This document shows, in pieces, positions 24,209-32,000 of a stretch of DNA of 32,000 nucleotides. The position numbers and the translations under genes were made by a program. How positions within the stretch are numbered: position 1 is the first letter of the stretch; every line of letters starts with the position of its first letter. The notes under the pieces were generated by a model. The model had not been told where the DNA came from and ran no database searches. It saw only the letters and a list, made by a program, of their open reading frames with translations. This DNA comes from an uncultured Acidobacteriota bacterium (GTDB lineage Bacteria > Acidobacteriota > Terriglobia > Terriglobales > Acidobacteriaceae), in NCBI GenBank assembly GCA_963696705.1, contig CAVOLD010000012.1, forward strand, positions 78,645 to 110,644, read 5' to 3'.

Positions 24209-25312
24209 TCAGATTTTGCCAACTCCGGCGGCTCTGCCGCCGTCTTCCGCTCTGGTGCTCTTTCGATCCTGCATGCACTGAGCTTGCAGGGTGTTGGCGA
24301 GCGCATCGAGAGCGATTACTCGCACGGCATAGCCGCGCTCGATAGCTGCCTTCGGCATCCCGTAGACCACACAAGATTCCTCGCTCTGGGCGATGGTCAT
24401 GCCGCCCGCTGCCTTTACCAGGCCCAGTCCATGGGCCCCGTCCTCGCCCATGCCGGTCATGATTACGGCAATACCCTTTTCGCCGAATTCCTCGGCGACA
24501 CTCTTGAACAACACGTCCACTGAAGGACGGTGACCGTTGACCCGCGGTTCGTCGCTGAGTACGGCGACATCGCCAAGTGTCAGTCGCTTGACTTTGAGGT
24601 GCCGGTTCCCCGGGCAAATCAGGGCGCGTCCGGCCAGCAGCAGGTCTCCCGACTGTGCCTCTTTGACGGTGATGGCGCAGATTTCCTCCAATCGCCGGGA
24701 AAACATCTCGGTGAATCCTTCGGGCATGTGCTGCACGATCAGAATGGTTCCGGGAAAATTCTTGGGCAGCTGCGGCAAAATATATTGCAACGCTTGTGGT
24801 CCGCCGGTAGAAACCCCAATCGCCACGATGCGAGTGGCTCGCGTTTTAGTATCTGGCTTAGATTTCGGCGAAAGATTCGGAGATTCGAGCGGTGCCGAGA
24901 CAGTGACTCGGCGGCTATGGGCGGCGGCCTTGATTTTAGCAATGAGTTCCCGCGCGATTTCCGGCATGTTGGCGGAGACATCGCTGGGCTTGGCGACGAA
25001 ATCAAACGCTCCCATGGACAACGCCTGCAGCGTCACCGACGCTCCCTGGGTGCTGTGCGAACTTACAACGATGACCGGCAGCGGATGGCGCAGCATGATC
25101 TCTTTCAGCATGTCCAGGCCGCTCATGCCCGGCATGTCGAGATCAAGCGTGATGACTTGCGGTTTCATTTCTTCGATCTTTTTCAGACCGAAATTCCCAT
25201 CCATGGCAGTGCCGACAACTTGAATGGAGCTGTCGGTTTGAAGAATTTGCGGAATCAGCTTGCGCATCAGCGCTGAATCGTCCACTACCAACACGCGCAC
25301 AGGAGAGCTCAT
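24209..25312 (-). CDS. cheB: Protein-glutamate methylesterase/deamidase CheB (receiver plus methylesterase)
   Basis: 'VRVLVVDDSALMRKLI', 'ITLDLDMPGMSGL', 'IGVSTGGPQAL', 'IVQHMPEGFT', 'VIMTGMGEDGA'. ATGA overlap with the cheA stop. Confidence 0.95.
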   Translation of the reverse strand: MSSPVRVLVVDDSALMRKLIPQILQTDSSIQVVGTAMDGNFGLKKIEEMKPQVITLDLDMPGMSGLDMLKEIMLRHPLPVIVVSSHSTQGASVTLQALSMGAFDFVAKPSDVSANMPEIARELIAKIKAAAHSRRVTVSAPLESPNLSPKSKPDTKTRATRIVAIGVSTGGPQALQYILPQLPKNFPGTILIVQHMPEGFTEMFSRRLEEICAITVKEAQSGDLLLAGRALICPGNRHLKVKRLTLGDVAVLSDEPRVNGHRPSVDVLFKSVAEEFGEKGIAVIMTGMGEDGAHGLGLVKAAGGMTIAQSEESCVVYGMPKAAIERGYAVRVIALDALANTLQAQCMQDRKSTRAEDGGRAAGVGKI

Positions 25313-27513
25313 GCCTGACCTCCCATGGCCATTTGCGCAGGGCGCGCTCGCTCGGAGCGCGACAGAAGCAGACCCACGCCGGGACCGCCAGCAATATCGG
25401 GCCGCGATGTGGCAAAGCGTTCAACAATGGCGGCGAGATTCAGAATGAGCACTACATGCCCACTGCCCAGAATTGACGCCCCGCTGACCAGATCGGTTTC
25501 TGCGGTCTGTTCATCGAGGGCCTTGATGACCAATTCCTCTTCACCCTCGATCGCATCTACCAGCAGCCCAAGTTTGCGTTCGCCCATGGCGATGACGAGC
25601 ACGAAAACTTTTTGCGGCCGGCCATCAGAACGTTCTTCTGACGGACGCCCCAAGCGAGCTACGGGCAAGACGTTGTTGCGCAGTTGCAGGACTTCGCAGT
25701 TATCGACTTGGTGGATGTCGGATTCGTGGGCGCGGGCGATTTCGGCCACCGCATTCAACGGAATGGCATACAGACGCTGCTCTACGCGGAATAAAAGTGC
25801 TTTGATGATGGCGAGGGTCAAGGGCAATTGCAACCGGAAGGTGGAGCCTTGCCCCGGTCGGCTGACCACGTGCACCGTACCCTTCAGGCGATGCAGGACG
25901 CTTTGCACGATGTCGAGACCCACGCCGCGTCCAGAAATTTCGGTGATCTCATCGGCGGTGCTGAATCCGGGGCGGAAGATGAGATCCAGAATGTCGGCTT
26001 CGCTGAGCCGGCTGGCTTCTTCGCGCTTGAGGAGGCCGCGTTCGATGGCGCGGGTCTTAACCTTTTGCGAATCGATGCCGCGGCCATCGTCAATGATTTC
26101 GACGATAACTTGATTTCCCTGATGGTAGGCCTCGAGGCGGATGGTTCCCTGAGCAGGCTTGCCGGCGCGAGCACGTTCCTCCGCGCTTTCGATGCCGTGC
26201 CCAATCGCATTGCGAACCAGATGCGTCATTGGCTCGGCGATGGCATCGAGCAGGCTCTTATCCAAGGCGGTGTCTTGTCCATTCAAAACCAAGTTGACCT
26301 GCTTGCCGCACTGCTTGGCAACGTCCCGAACCATACGGGGAAATCGTCGGAACAATTGCTCGACCGGGACCATGCGGACCTTCATCACCGACCGCTGCAG
26401 ATCGTTCAATACTCTGGACTGAAAGGCCATAGCATCGGCGAAGCGGCTGCGCATGGAATCCTTGGGATAGTGCGCGGAGAATTCGTTGAGCACCTGCTGA
26501 AGCATGGATTTTCCGATGATCAGTTCGCCCACGAGATTGAGCACCGTGTCGATGCGTTCGGCATCCACGCGCAAGACGTTCTCTGCCGGCGCGGGACTTG
26601 GCCTGACCGCGGCTTCGCGTTCGGAAGATGAGAGCAGGACGGTTTCAATTTCCTCGACCGGTTCGGCTGCGATACTTGCCTCGGGAGTCCCGGCCGGGGC
26701 AGGGTCATCGATTGCGGGAGGCTTCGGAGCGCCATCAACCACTTTTGCTTTCTGAATTGCCTGCTGCGCCGGGTTGCCAATGGTTTGGATGCTTACCTGT
26801 GAGATGACAGTCGGGATGCGGCACTTTGCACTTAGAAACTCCGCGGTCTGATCGCTGGCCACCAGTAATTGAAATTGCATCGCGTTCTTGGTGGATCCCG
26901 GCTCTGGCCGAGTTCCCAGCACTTCGCCGTTTTCTGTCAGCGCCTTGAGTACGAGTTGCTGAGCGGCAATGGGCATGGCGCAGGTCGGGTCAATCTGCGC
27001 GACGACGTGATACACATTCTTTCCCTGTTTCAGTGCGGCTTGAGTCGAGAGCTTTTCATACTCCGTCCAGATTACTTCTGCGGCAGAGGTTGTCGGGGCT
27101 TTCGGACTGCGCGGTTTGCGGGTCTTCGGATCTCGCGCCATTTTGCGGATCATCTTCCGCACTGGCTCGGACGAGGGTAGCTTCGCTCCCTCGCGATAGG
27201 AAGTCAGCATCGCGCCGAAGGTATCCGCGGCGGCGAAAGCTACTTCGGCGAGGGCTGCGGGAGTCGCGGCTGCTTCCAGAGCTAAGGCATCTTCCAGTTC
27301 ATGCGCCAGTTCGCTGAGTTCGTGGTACCCAACCGCGGCTGAGTCGCCCTTCAGGGTGTGCACAATTCTGCGGATGGTGCGGACAGGTTCGAGATCGCCC
27401 GGTTGCTTTTCGAGCTTCAGCGTCTCCTCGTTGAGCGACTGGAGCAATTCCAGAGCCGTCTCAAAGAAAAGTTCTTTCAATTCCGCCGCGCGCTCGTCGT
27501 GGAACTGGTTCAC
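25309..27513 (-). CDS. cheA: Chemotaxis histidine kinase CheA
   Basis: HPt 'RIVHTLKGDSAAVG'. Dimerisation/HATPase 'HLVRNAIGHGIE', 'DDGRGID', 'GFST......SGRGVGLDIV'. C-terminal CheW-like domain. GTG start overlapping the cheR stop. Confidence 0.95.
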   Translation of the reverse strand: MNQFHDERAAELKELFFETALELLQSLNEETLKLEKQPGDLEPVRTIRRIVHTLKGDSAAVGYHELSELAHELEDALALEAAATPAALAEVAFAAADTFGAMLTSYREGAKLPSSEPVRKMIRKMARDPKTRKPRSPKAPTTSAAEVIWTEYEKLSTQAALKQGKNVYHVVAQIDPTCAMPIAAQQLVLKALTENGEVLGTRPEPGSTKNAMQFQLLVASDQTAEFLSAKCRIPTVISQVSIQTIGNPAQQAIQKAKVVDGAPKPPAIDDPAPAGTPEASIAAEPVEEIETVLLSSSEREAAVRPSPAPAENVLRVDAERIDTVLNLVGELIIGKSMLQQVLNEFSAHYPKDSMRSRFADAMAFQSRVLNDLQRSVMKVRMVPVEQLFRRFPRMVRDVAKQCGKQVNLVLNGQDTALDKSLLDAIAEPMTHLVRNAIGHGIESAEERARAGKPAQGTIRLEAYHQGNQVIVEIIDDGRGIDSQKVKTRAIERGLLKREEASRLSEADILDLIFRPGFSTADEITEISGRGVGLDIVQSVLHRLKGTVHVVSRPGQGSTFRLQLPLTLAIIKALLFRVEQRLYAIPLNAVAEIARAHESDIHQVDNCEVLQLRNNVLPVARLGRPSEERSDGRPQKVFVLVIAMGERKLGLLVDAIEGEEELVIKALDEQTAETDLVSGASILGSGHVVLILNLAAIVERFATSRPDIAGGPGVGLLLSRSERARPAQMAMGGQA

Positions 27514-28430
27514 TCGGCCACCTCGATCTTCTGGTAGGCGGTACCAGTCTCGCGGTATATCATATTGAATTTGTCAGTCAGCCCCAAGAGGCTTTCGGCG
27601 TGGCCTACGAACAGGTAGCCGCCTGGATTCAGGCAGCGAAAGAATTTCTCAACCAGACGTTTCTGCTCGGCTTCGTCGAAATACATCATCACGTTGCGGC
27701 AGAAGATCACGTCGTTGCGCTGCGGCAGGTATTCGGTTTTCAAGTTGTGAAAGTCGAAATGGACCAGTTCCTTGAGTGCTTTCTTCACTGCATAACGCTC
27801 GCCAACCTTATCGAAATGACGAAGCCGAAAACTGTAATCCACAGACGCCATCTGACTCTCCGAATAAGTTCCTTCCTGGCCGGCCCGCAGAACCGAATAG
27901 CTGATATCGCTGGCGAGGATTTCGAGCTTCCAGGGCGGAGGGATCAGAGGTTTCGGGAACGGTGTGGTGTAGTTCGAAGGATTGCGCAGAGCGTGGTAGG
28001 AGAGTGCGTCGGCAACCTGCATTGCCATGGTGTAGGCTTCCTGGCCGGTGGAACATCCGGCACTCCACAGGCGCAACGAAAAATCCCTGCGCTCCTGCTT
28101 GCCGCGAAGGATGCTGTCGAGAACGTGTTTGTGAAACAGATCCAGCTGTGCCTTGTTGCGGAAGAAACTGGTCTCGTTAACCGTGAGGTTTTCGAGGAGC
28201 TTGCTCAATTCCTCTTTGCCTTCTTTGCTGATGAGCAGGCGATAGTAACTGTAGAAGGAATCGAGCTTGCATTCTTTGAGGCGACGCTGCAAGCGATCCT
28301 GCAGGAAATCGGCGCGGCGGGAGTCGAAGTGCATTCCGCACTCGTGATAGACCAACGCCTGCAGAAGTTTCAGTTCGGGTTCGGTGAGTGCCGCTTGTAC
28401 GCCAGCTGTTCCCATGCGCTTTTTTGTCAC
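27510..28430 (-). CDS. cheR: Chemotaxis protein methyltransferase CheR
   Basis: 'NETSFFRN', 'LRLWSAGCSTGQEAYT', 'ILASDIS..VL..A..G.Y', 'DVIFCRNVMMYFD', 'L.PGGYLFVGHAES'. Confidence 0.95.
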   Translation of the reverse strand: MTKKRMGTAGVQAALTEPELKLLQALVYHECGMHFDSRRADFLQDRLQRRLKECKLDSFYSYYRLLISKEGKEELSKLLENLTVNETSFFRNKAQLDLFHKHVLDSILRGKQERRDFSLRLWSAGCSTGQEAYTMAMQVADALSYHALRNPSNYTTPFPKPLIPPPWKLEILASDISYSVLRAGQEGTYSESQMASVDYSFRLRHFDKVGERYAVKKALKELVHFDFHNLKTEYLPQRNDVIFCRNVMMYFDEAEQKRLVEKFFRCLNPGGYLFVGHAESLLGLTDKFNMIYRETGTAYQKIEVAE

Positions 28431-28442
28431 CTGTCCTGGCTG

Positions 28443-28955
28443 CTATTTCGAAGCTGCAGCGATCCGTGCGTTTACCGCTGAGGCGGGTTGAGCTGCACTC
28501 TTCGGTGCCTCGTTCTTCAATCGCGTTCCGCTGAATTCCAGCACTTTGTCAATATCCAGCAAAACGATCAGCCGGCCCTGGTACTTGCCCAGTCCGGTCA
28601 CGCAGTTCAATCCTCCGTCCACAAACTCGGTGGGAGAAGGATCGATGTCCGCGGTTGGAATCTTGAGCACGTCGGATGCGGAATCTACGATCAGTCCGCA
28701 GAGGCGGCCCCGGTGTTCAACCACCAGGATTCGATTGCGCTTGCTGGGAGCGACCGTGATTTCTCCGAGCCGCTTCCTTAAATCGAGTACGGAGACAATC
28801 TTCCCGCGCAAATTGATTACGCCCTCGACGTAGTCCGGAGCGTCAGGCACGACCGTGATCTCGGGCACGCGCACGATCTCGCGAAGAGCGGTGATAGGTA
28901 CACCGTAGGTTTCACGGCCCACTCTAAACCCGACAATGTGCAGTTCTCGATTCAT
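28443..28955 (-). CDS. cheW: Chemotaxis coupling protein CheW
   Basis: 'FRVGRETYGVPI..LREIVRVPEIT.VPDAP.YVEGVINLRGKIVSVLDLRKRLG', 'GLIVDS.SDVL', 'LLDIDKVL'. Confidence 0.93.
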   Translation of the reverse strand: MNRELHIVGFRVGRETYGVPITALREIVRVPEITVVPDAPDYVEGVINLRGKIVSVLDLRKRLGEITVAPSKRNRILVVEHRGRLCGLIVDSASDVLKIPTADIDPSPTEFVDGGLNCVTGLGKYQGRLIVLLDIDKVLEFSGTRLKNEAPKSAAQPASAVNARIAAASK

Positions 28956-28973
28956 TCCTGAAATCTCTGGAGA

Positions 28974-30959
28974 TTAGCTGTTCGATCCCGCCACTGCTTG
29001 CCGAGCCCTGCTTCTGAAGTTTTCTTCGCGATGAGCTCCCACGGCCTCCACCTGTTCCAGCATGAATCGGCCCATGGAGTCGAGTAGATCGCGCGACATT
29101 TTTGACATCTGCTCCGCTGATGCAGCCAATTCGGTCGAACCCGATGTGGTGTTCTGGACCAACTCGCGCATCCGTTCCATCGCTTTTACAACTGCGTGAG
29201 CTCCCGAAGCCTGTTCTTCCACCGCCGAATTAATTTCGTGCGTGATCTCGTTCAAGCGTGTAGTGGCGCGGGCAATCTGCGAAGATCCGTGGGACTGTTC
29301 GTTCGTGGCTGCGCCAATCTCCTGCGCGAACTTGTACACCTCCGTGACCACGTTGGAGATCTTGCGCAAGGCTGTGTTCAGTTCCTCGCCGTGTCCCAAA
29401 CCTTCGTTGACGATGGCGGTGCTGCGGTTCATGTTCTCGACTGCTTTGCGGGATTCCTTCTGGATGCTTTGGATCAGCTCAGAAATTTCCTTGGTAGACT
29501 GGGCCGACTTTTCCGCCAGCTTTCGGACTTCGTCGGCGACCACGGCGAAACCCAATCCATGCTCTCCGGCGCGCGCGGCTTCGATGGCGGCGTTTAATGC
29601 CAGCAGATTGGTCTGCTCCGCGAGATCGTCGATGACTTCAATGATCTTGCCAATGTCATCGGCCCGTTGGCCCAGCACGTCGATGATTTCGCCCGAAGAT
29701 TGAATGGTCGTGTTGATGCGATTTAGGCCGTCGGTTGCTTTCTCCATGGTCGCGATGCCGTTGTGCACTTCTTCGCGCGAGCGGTTGGAGATGTCGAGTA
29801 GAACTTTGGCGGTATCCGCCACGCGCTGGATCGAGGCCACCATCTGATCGATCGATGCGGATGTTTCGCTTACGCTGGAAGCCTGCACCTTGGTGCTCTT
29901 CACCATGTTCTGCACGTTGACACTCATTTCGTGCATGGTGCTGGTGACTTCGTCGATGGCGGAGGAAGTTTGTAGACTGATCTTGGCTGATTCGTCGGAA
30001 GCTCCAGCCACTTGGTTGGAAGCGCTGGCGACTTGTTGCGCGGCGTCGCGCCCGTTGCGCACAAGCTTTCTTAAGCCCTCGATCATGCGTGCGAAGGCCT
30101 TGCCCAGCGTGTCGTTCTTGGATCGTGGCTGGACGTCGACGCCCAGATTCCCGCCTGCGATGGCCTCGGAAACGGAAGCCATTTCCCTGAGGTAGGTGAC
30201 CATCTTGGAGAAAGTTCGAGCCAGTTCACCGATTTCATCGGTGCGATGAATGTCGATTTCGTGATCCAGATCTCCGGCATCGGCAATCTGCCGGGCGATC
30301 CGCATAAGATCATTGAGCGACGAGGTAATGGACTTCGCGGTGGTGTAGGCAATCACCACCCCCAGGGTCAGCGCTACCAGAGTGCTCAACAATGCAATTA
30401 CAAACGTTGCTGTGCCTGCGGTCTCGTCGGACTTTCTGCGCGCCTCGAGCACTTTGGTATTCTCGAGGTCAGCCACGTCGAGATATTCAGTGGCGTTTTT
30501 AACCCAGGAAGAAGCATCTTTCTGCAAATAGAAAATCTGAAGTTCAGCGACAGTGGCATTGCCGCTGTCCACTTCTTTGCGCTTATCCATTAACGGCGCT
30601 GCAAATTCCCGCGCCCAGTTCTGCTCGCTGGCCTGTACTTTGTCGAGTGCGGTTCGCTGCTGCTCCGATGTCGTAAGGCTCTCACCCGTCTGCAGCTTTT
30701 CTTCCAGCACTCGCATGCCATCGTTGAGTCGTTCGACCTCGCGAGTGTCGCCGCTGAGCAGGTAGTTGCTCAACGACAAGCGGTTCTGCATCATCTGGAA
30801 TCGGATCTTATCTGTGGTCGCGGCCATTTGCAGCGCCTGGGAAGCCGCAGCCTTGGCGCTATGCTCCCGTTGCACCGCAATGAGGTTGATAAGGAAAAGC
30901 ACAACGACCATCGCAAGGACGGCTCCGAAGTTTAGGTAGAGTTTCTTGCCAATCGTCAT
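28974..30959 (-). CDS. Methyl-accepting chemotaxis protein (TM - periplasmic helical sensor - TM - HAMP - MA signalling domain)
   Basis: N-terminal TM 'FGAVLAMVVVLFLINLIAV', second TM 'FVIALLSTLVALTLGVVIAY', HAMP 'DEIGELARTFSKMV', highly conserved hairpin 'AEQTNLLALNAAIEAARAGEHGLGFAVVADEVRKLAEKS'. GGAGGA RBS. Confidence 0.93.
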   Translation of the reverse strand: MTIGKKLYLNFGAVLAMVVVLFLINLIAVQREHSAKAAASQALQMAATTDKIRFQMMQNRLSLSNYLLSGDTREVERLNDGMRVLEEKLQTGESLTTSEQQRTALDKVQASEQNWAREFAAPLMDKRKEVDSGNATVAELQIFYLQKDASSWVKNATEYLDVADLENTKVLEARRKSDETAGTATFVIALLSTLVALTLGVVIAYTTAKSITSSLNDLMRIARQIADAGDLDHEIDIHRTDEIGELARTFSKMVTYLREMASVSEAIAGGNLGVDVQPRSKNDTLGKAFARMIEGLRKLVRNGRDAAQQVASASNQVAGASDESAKISLQTSSAIDEVTSTMHEMSVNVQNMVKSTKVQASSVSETSASIDQMVASIQRVADTAKVLLDISNRSREEVHNGIATMEKATDGLNRINTTIQSSGEIIDVLGQRADDIGKIIEVIDDLAEQTNLLALNAAIEAARAGEHGLGFAVVADEVRKLAEKSAQSTKEISELIQSIQKESRKAVENMNRSTAIVNEGLGHGEELNTALRKISNVVTEVYKFAQEIGAATNEQSHGSSQIARATTRLNEITHEINSAVEEQASGAHAVVKAMERMRELVQNTTSGSTELAASAEQMSKMSRDLLDSMGRFMLEQVEAVGAHREENFRSRARQAVAGSNS

Positions 30960-31067
30960 TCGCTATTCCTCCGCTGGTCTCGTTTCCTACCCTGCGCCTC
31001 CCCAGCTGTATTCAAATCGGATCTAAAATCAGTTCACCGCTCTCCGGAACTGCGGTTACAGTCCCAG

Positions 31068-31412
31068 CTAATCTTGGGGTTGAAACTTGAACTCCACGGT
31101 TCCAGAGCTTTCGCCGTCAGCCGGCTCAAATTTCCACTTCTTCAGAGCGTCCATAGCGGCGTTGACCAGGATGGGATTTCCGCCGACTACCTTGGTATCC
31201 TTCAAGCTCCCATTCGGCGACACCACGACCATCACTTTGACTGTACCGGTAATGTTCATCCGCCTCGCCAACTCTGGATAAGGCGGCATTACTTTGGTTT
31301 TGGCTTTGCGAGTCAATTCTGCTTGCGCTATCGCAGGCAAGGGACGAAATGTTGTTGCCACGAACGCCAAAAAGCCGACCATTGCCCACCACCGCATCTT
31401 TTGCAAAGACAC
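31068..31412 (-). CDS. Small periplasmic TonB C-terminal-domain protein
   Basis: Signal peptide 'WWAMVGFLAFVATTF..LPAIAQA'. 'PPYPELARRMNITGTVKVMVVVSPNGSLKDTKVVGGNPILVNAAMDALKKWKFEP' is the TonB_C signature. GGGAGG lies just upstream of the GTG at 31412. Confidence 0.8.
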   Translation of the reverse strand: MSLQKMRWWAMVGFLAFVATTFRPLPAIAQAELTRKAKTKVMPPYPELARRMNITGTVKVMVVVSPNGSLKDTKVVGGNPILVNAAMDALKKWKFEPADGESSGTVEFKFQPQD

Positions 31413-31742
31413 TGGTCCTCCCGGTCAAACCCGTTTTGTCACAGCAATGTCTTTGCCACGATTGCGGAATTCCCTCGGGCGCCGCAATCCTGCGGTTAAA
31501 ACACTTTTACTCAGCAACTTAAGTTGATTTTGTTCAACCGCATCAGGGCATTGCGAGAGGCCTAAACCGTCTCACCAAAGCCTAATCCTCTCAGACTGAG
31601 ACGATTTTCGAGGTTTCGCCAAGATTTCACACTTGGGCACTCCGAACGGTATTCGCTTGACTCAATTTGAGATGCCAGTCTATTTTTCTTGTATATTCAA
31701 TTACTTGTAGTTTGGTCACGAAAGGGCGGTGCCTTTCTGATT

Positions 31743-32000
31743 ATGCGTGCCGGAGATGCGACGGTGCTGGAAAAGTCCAGCCCTCGATCGGACGATGCTT
31801 TCCAGAAACTGCTGCTGCGATTTTCGGAGGCAGCTGCCCGAGGAACTGCCGCCCCCGCCCTGATTGGCCTCTTCTGCAAGGAAACGCGCAGCTTCTTTCG
31901 CGTGGATGGTACCTACTTCTGGCGGTGTGCTTCTCCGGAAGAACTCTTCGGCGCGGAAGCGGATGGGTTGATGGCAGCTGATTTTCTAGGCCGCCGGCTT
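31743..32000 (+). CDS. 5' part of an ORF running off the window (GAF-like N-terminus?), hand-translated and absent from the supplied ORF track
   Basis: ATG at 31743. My translation is 'MRAGDATVLEKSSPRSDDAFQKLLLRFSEAAARGTAAPALIGLFCKETRSFFRVDGTYFWRCASPEELFGAEADGLMAADFLGRRL', with no stop before nt 32000. It is more protein-like than the Cys/Arg-rich listed ORF at 31667-31981. Confidence 0.45.
   Translation, partial: MRAGDATVLEKSSPRSDDAFQKLLLRFSEAAARGTAAPALIGLFCKETRSFFRVDGTYFWRCASPEELFGAEADGLMAADFLGRRL

Noticed and set aside
23732-24523. 263-aa + strand ORF spanning cheY/cheB
   Set aside because: It is an antisense shadow ORF crossing a gene boundary, with no recognisable domain.
25325-26631. 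Two long + strand ORFs (262 and 267 aa) inside cheA
   Set aside because: These are typical GC-rich antisense shadow ORFs (Arg/Ser/Ala-rich, no motifs). The - strand encodes an unmistakable CheA.
27600-28481. 293-aa + strand ORF
   Set aside because: It is antisense to cheR, which has all the methyltransferase motifs. No independent support.
31667-31981. Listed 104-aa + strand ORF
   Set aside because: Its composition is Cys/Arg/Gly-rich. The overlapping open-ended frame from 31743 looks like genuine protein.

Overview
GC-rich bacterial chromosomal window with about 40 genes and little non-coding DNA. The gene content (GloVer-repeat and YVTN beta-propeller exoproteins, a GxxExxY gene flanked by hairpin repeats, DinB/YfiT, orphan Ku) suggests a soil Acidobacteriota-type genome, but that is inference only. 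I saw no rRNA, tRNA, CRISPR array, transposase or integrase. Layout: (i) 1-3250, helical-repeat protein, CoA-binding protein, GAF-PP2C phosphatase, brnT/brnA toxin-antitoxin pair. (ii) 3467-11539, one long co-directional, partly translationally coupled + strand cluster. It starts at a promoter with a 20-bp palindrome and contains a secreted protein, a YtrA-type GntR regulator, an ABC ATPase, two paralogous ABC-2-like permeases and four more membrane proteins. It ends in a ferritin-like di-iron protein and a Rossmann reductase that I read as homologues of cyanobacterial aldehyde-deformylating oxygenase (ADO) and acyl-ACP reductase (AAR). (iii) 11540-12002, a long convergent spacer with an AT-rich palindrome/promoter-like island. 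(iv) 12003-20195, housekeeping genes (rarA, TrmH-family methylase, tsaC/yrdC, DUF218, DinB, cyclase, DUF92, ku), interrupted by a GxxExxY gene bracketed by CACAGAGN hairpin repeats. (v) 20272-23155, two divergent secreted beta-propeller proteins. (vi) 23209-31412, a complete - strand chemotaxis operon (TonB_C protein?, mcp-cheW-cheR-cheA-cheB-cheY-cheX). (vii) an open-ended GAF-like ORF at the 3' edge. The main candidate for a new system is the ADO/AAR pair outside cyanobacteria, embedded in a GntR/ABC-exporter/membrane-protein operon. All homology calls come from reading the translations by eye; no searches were run.
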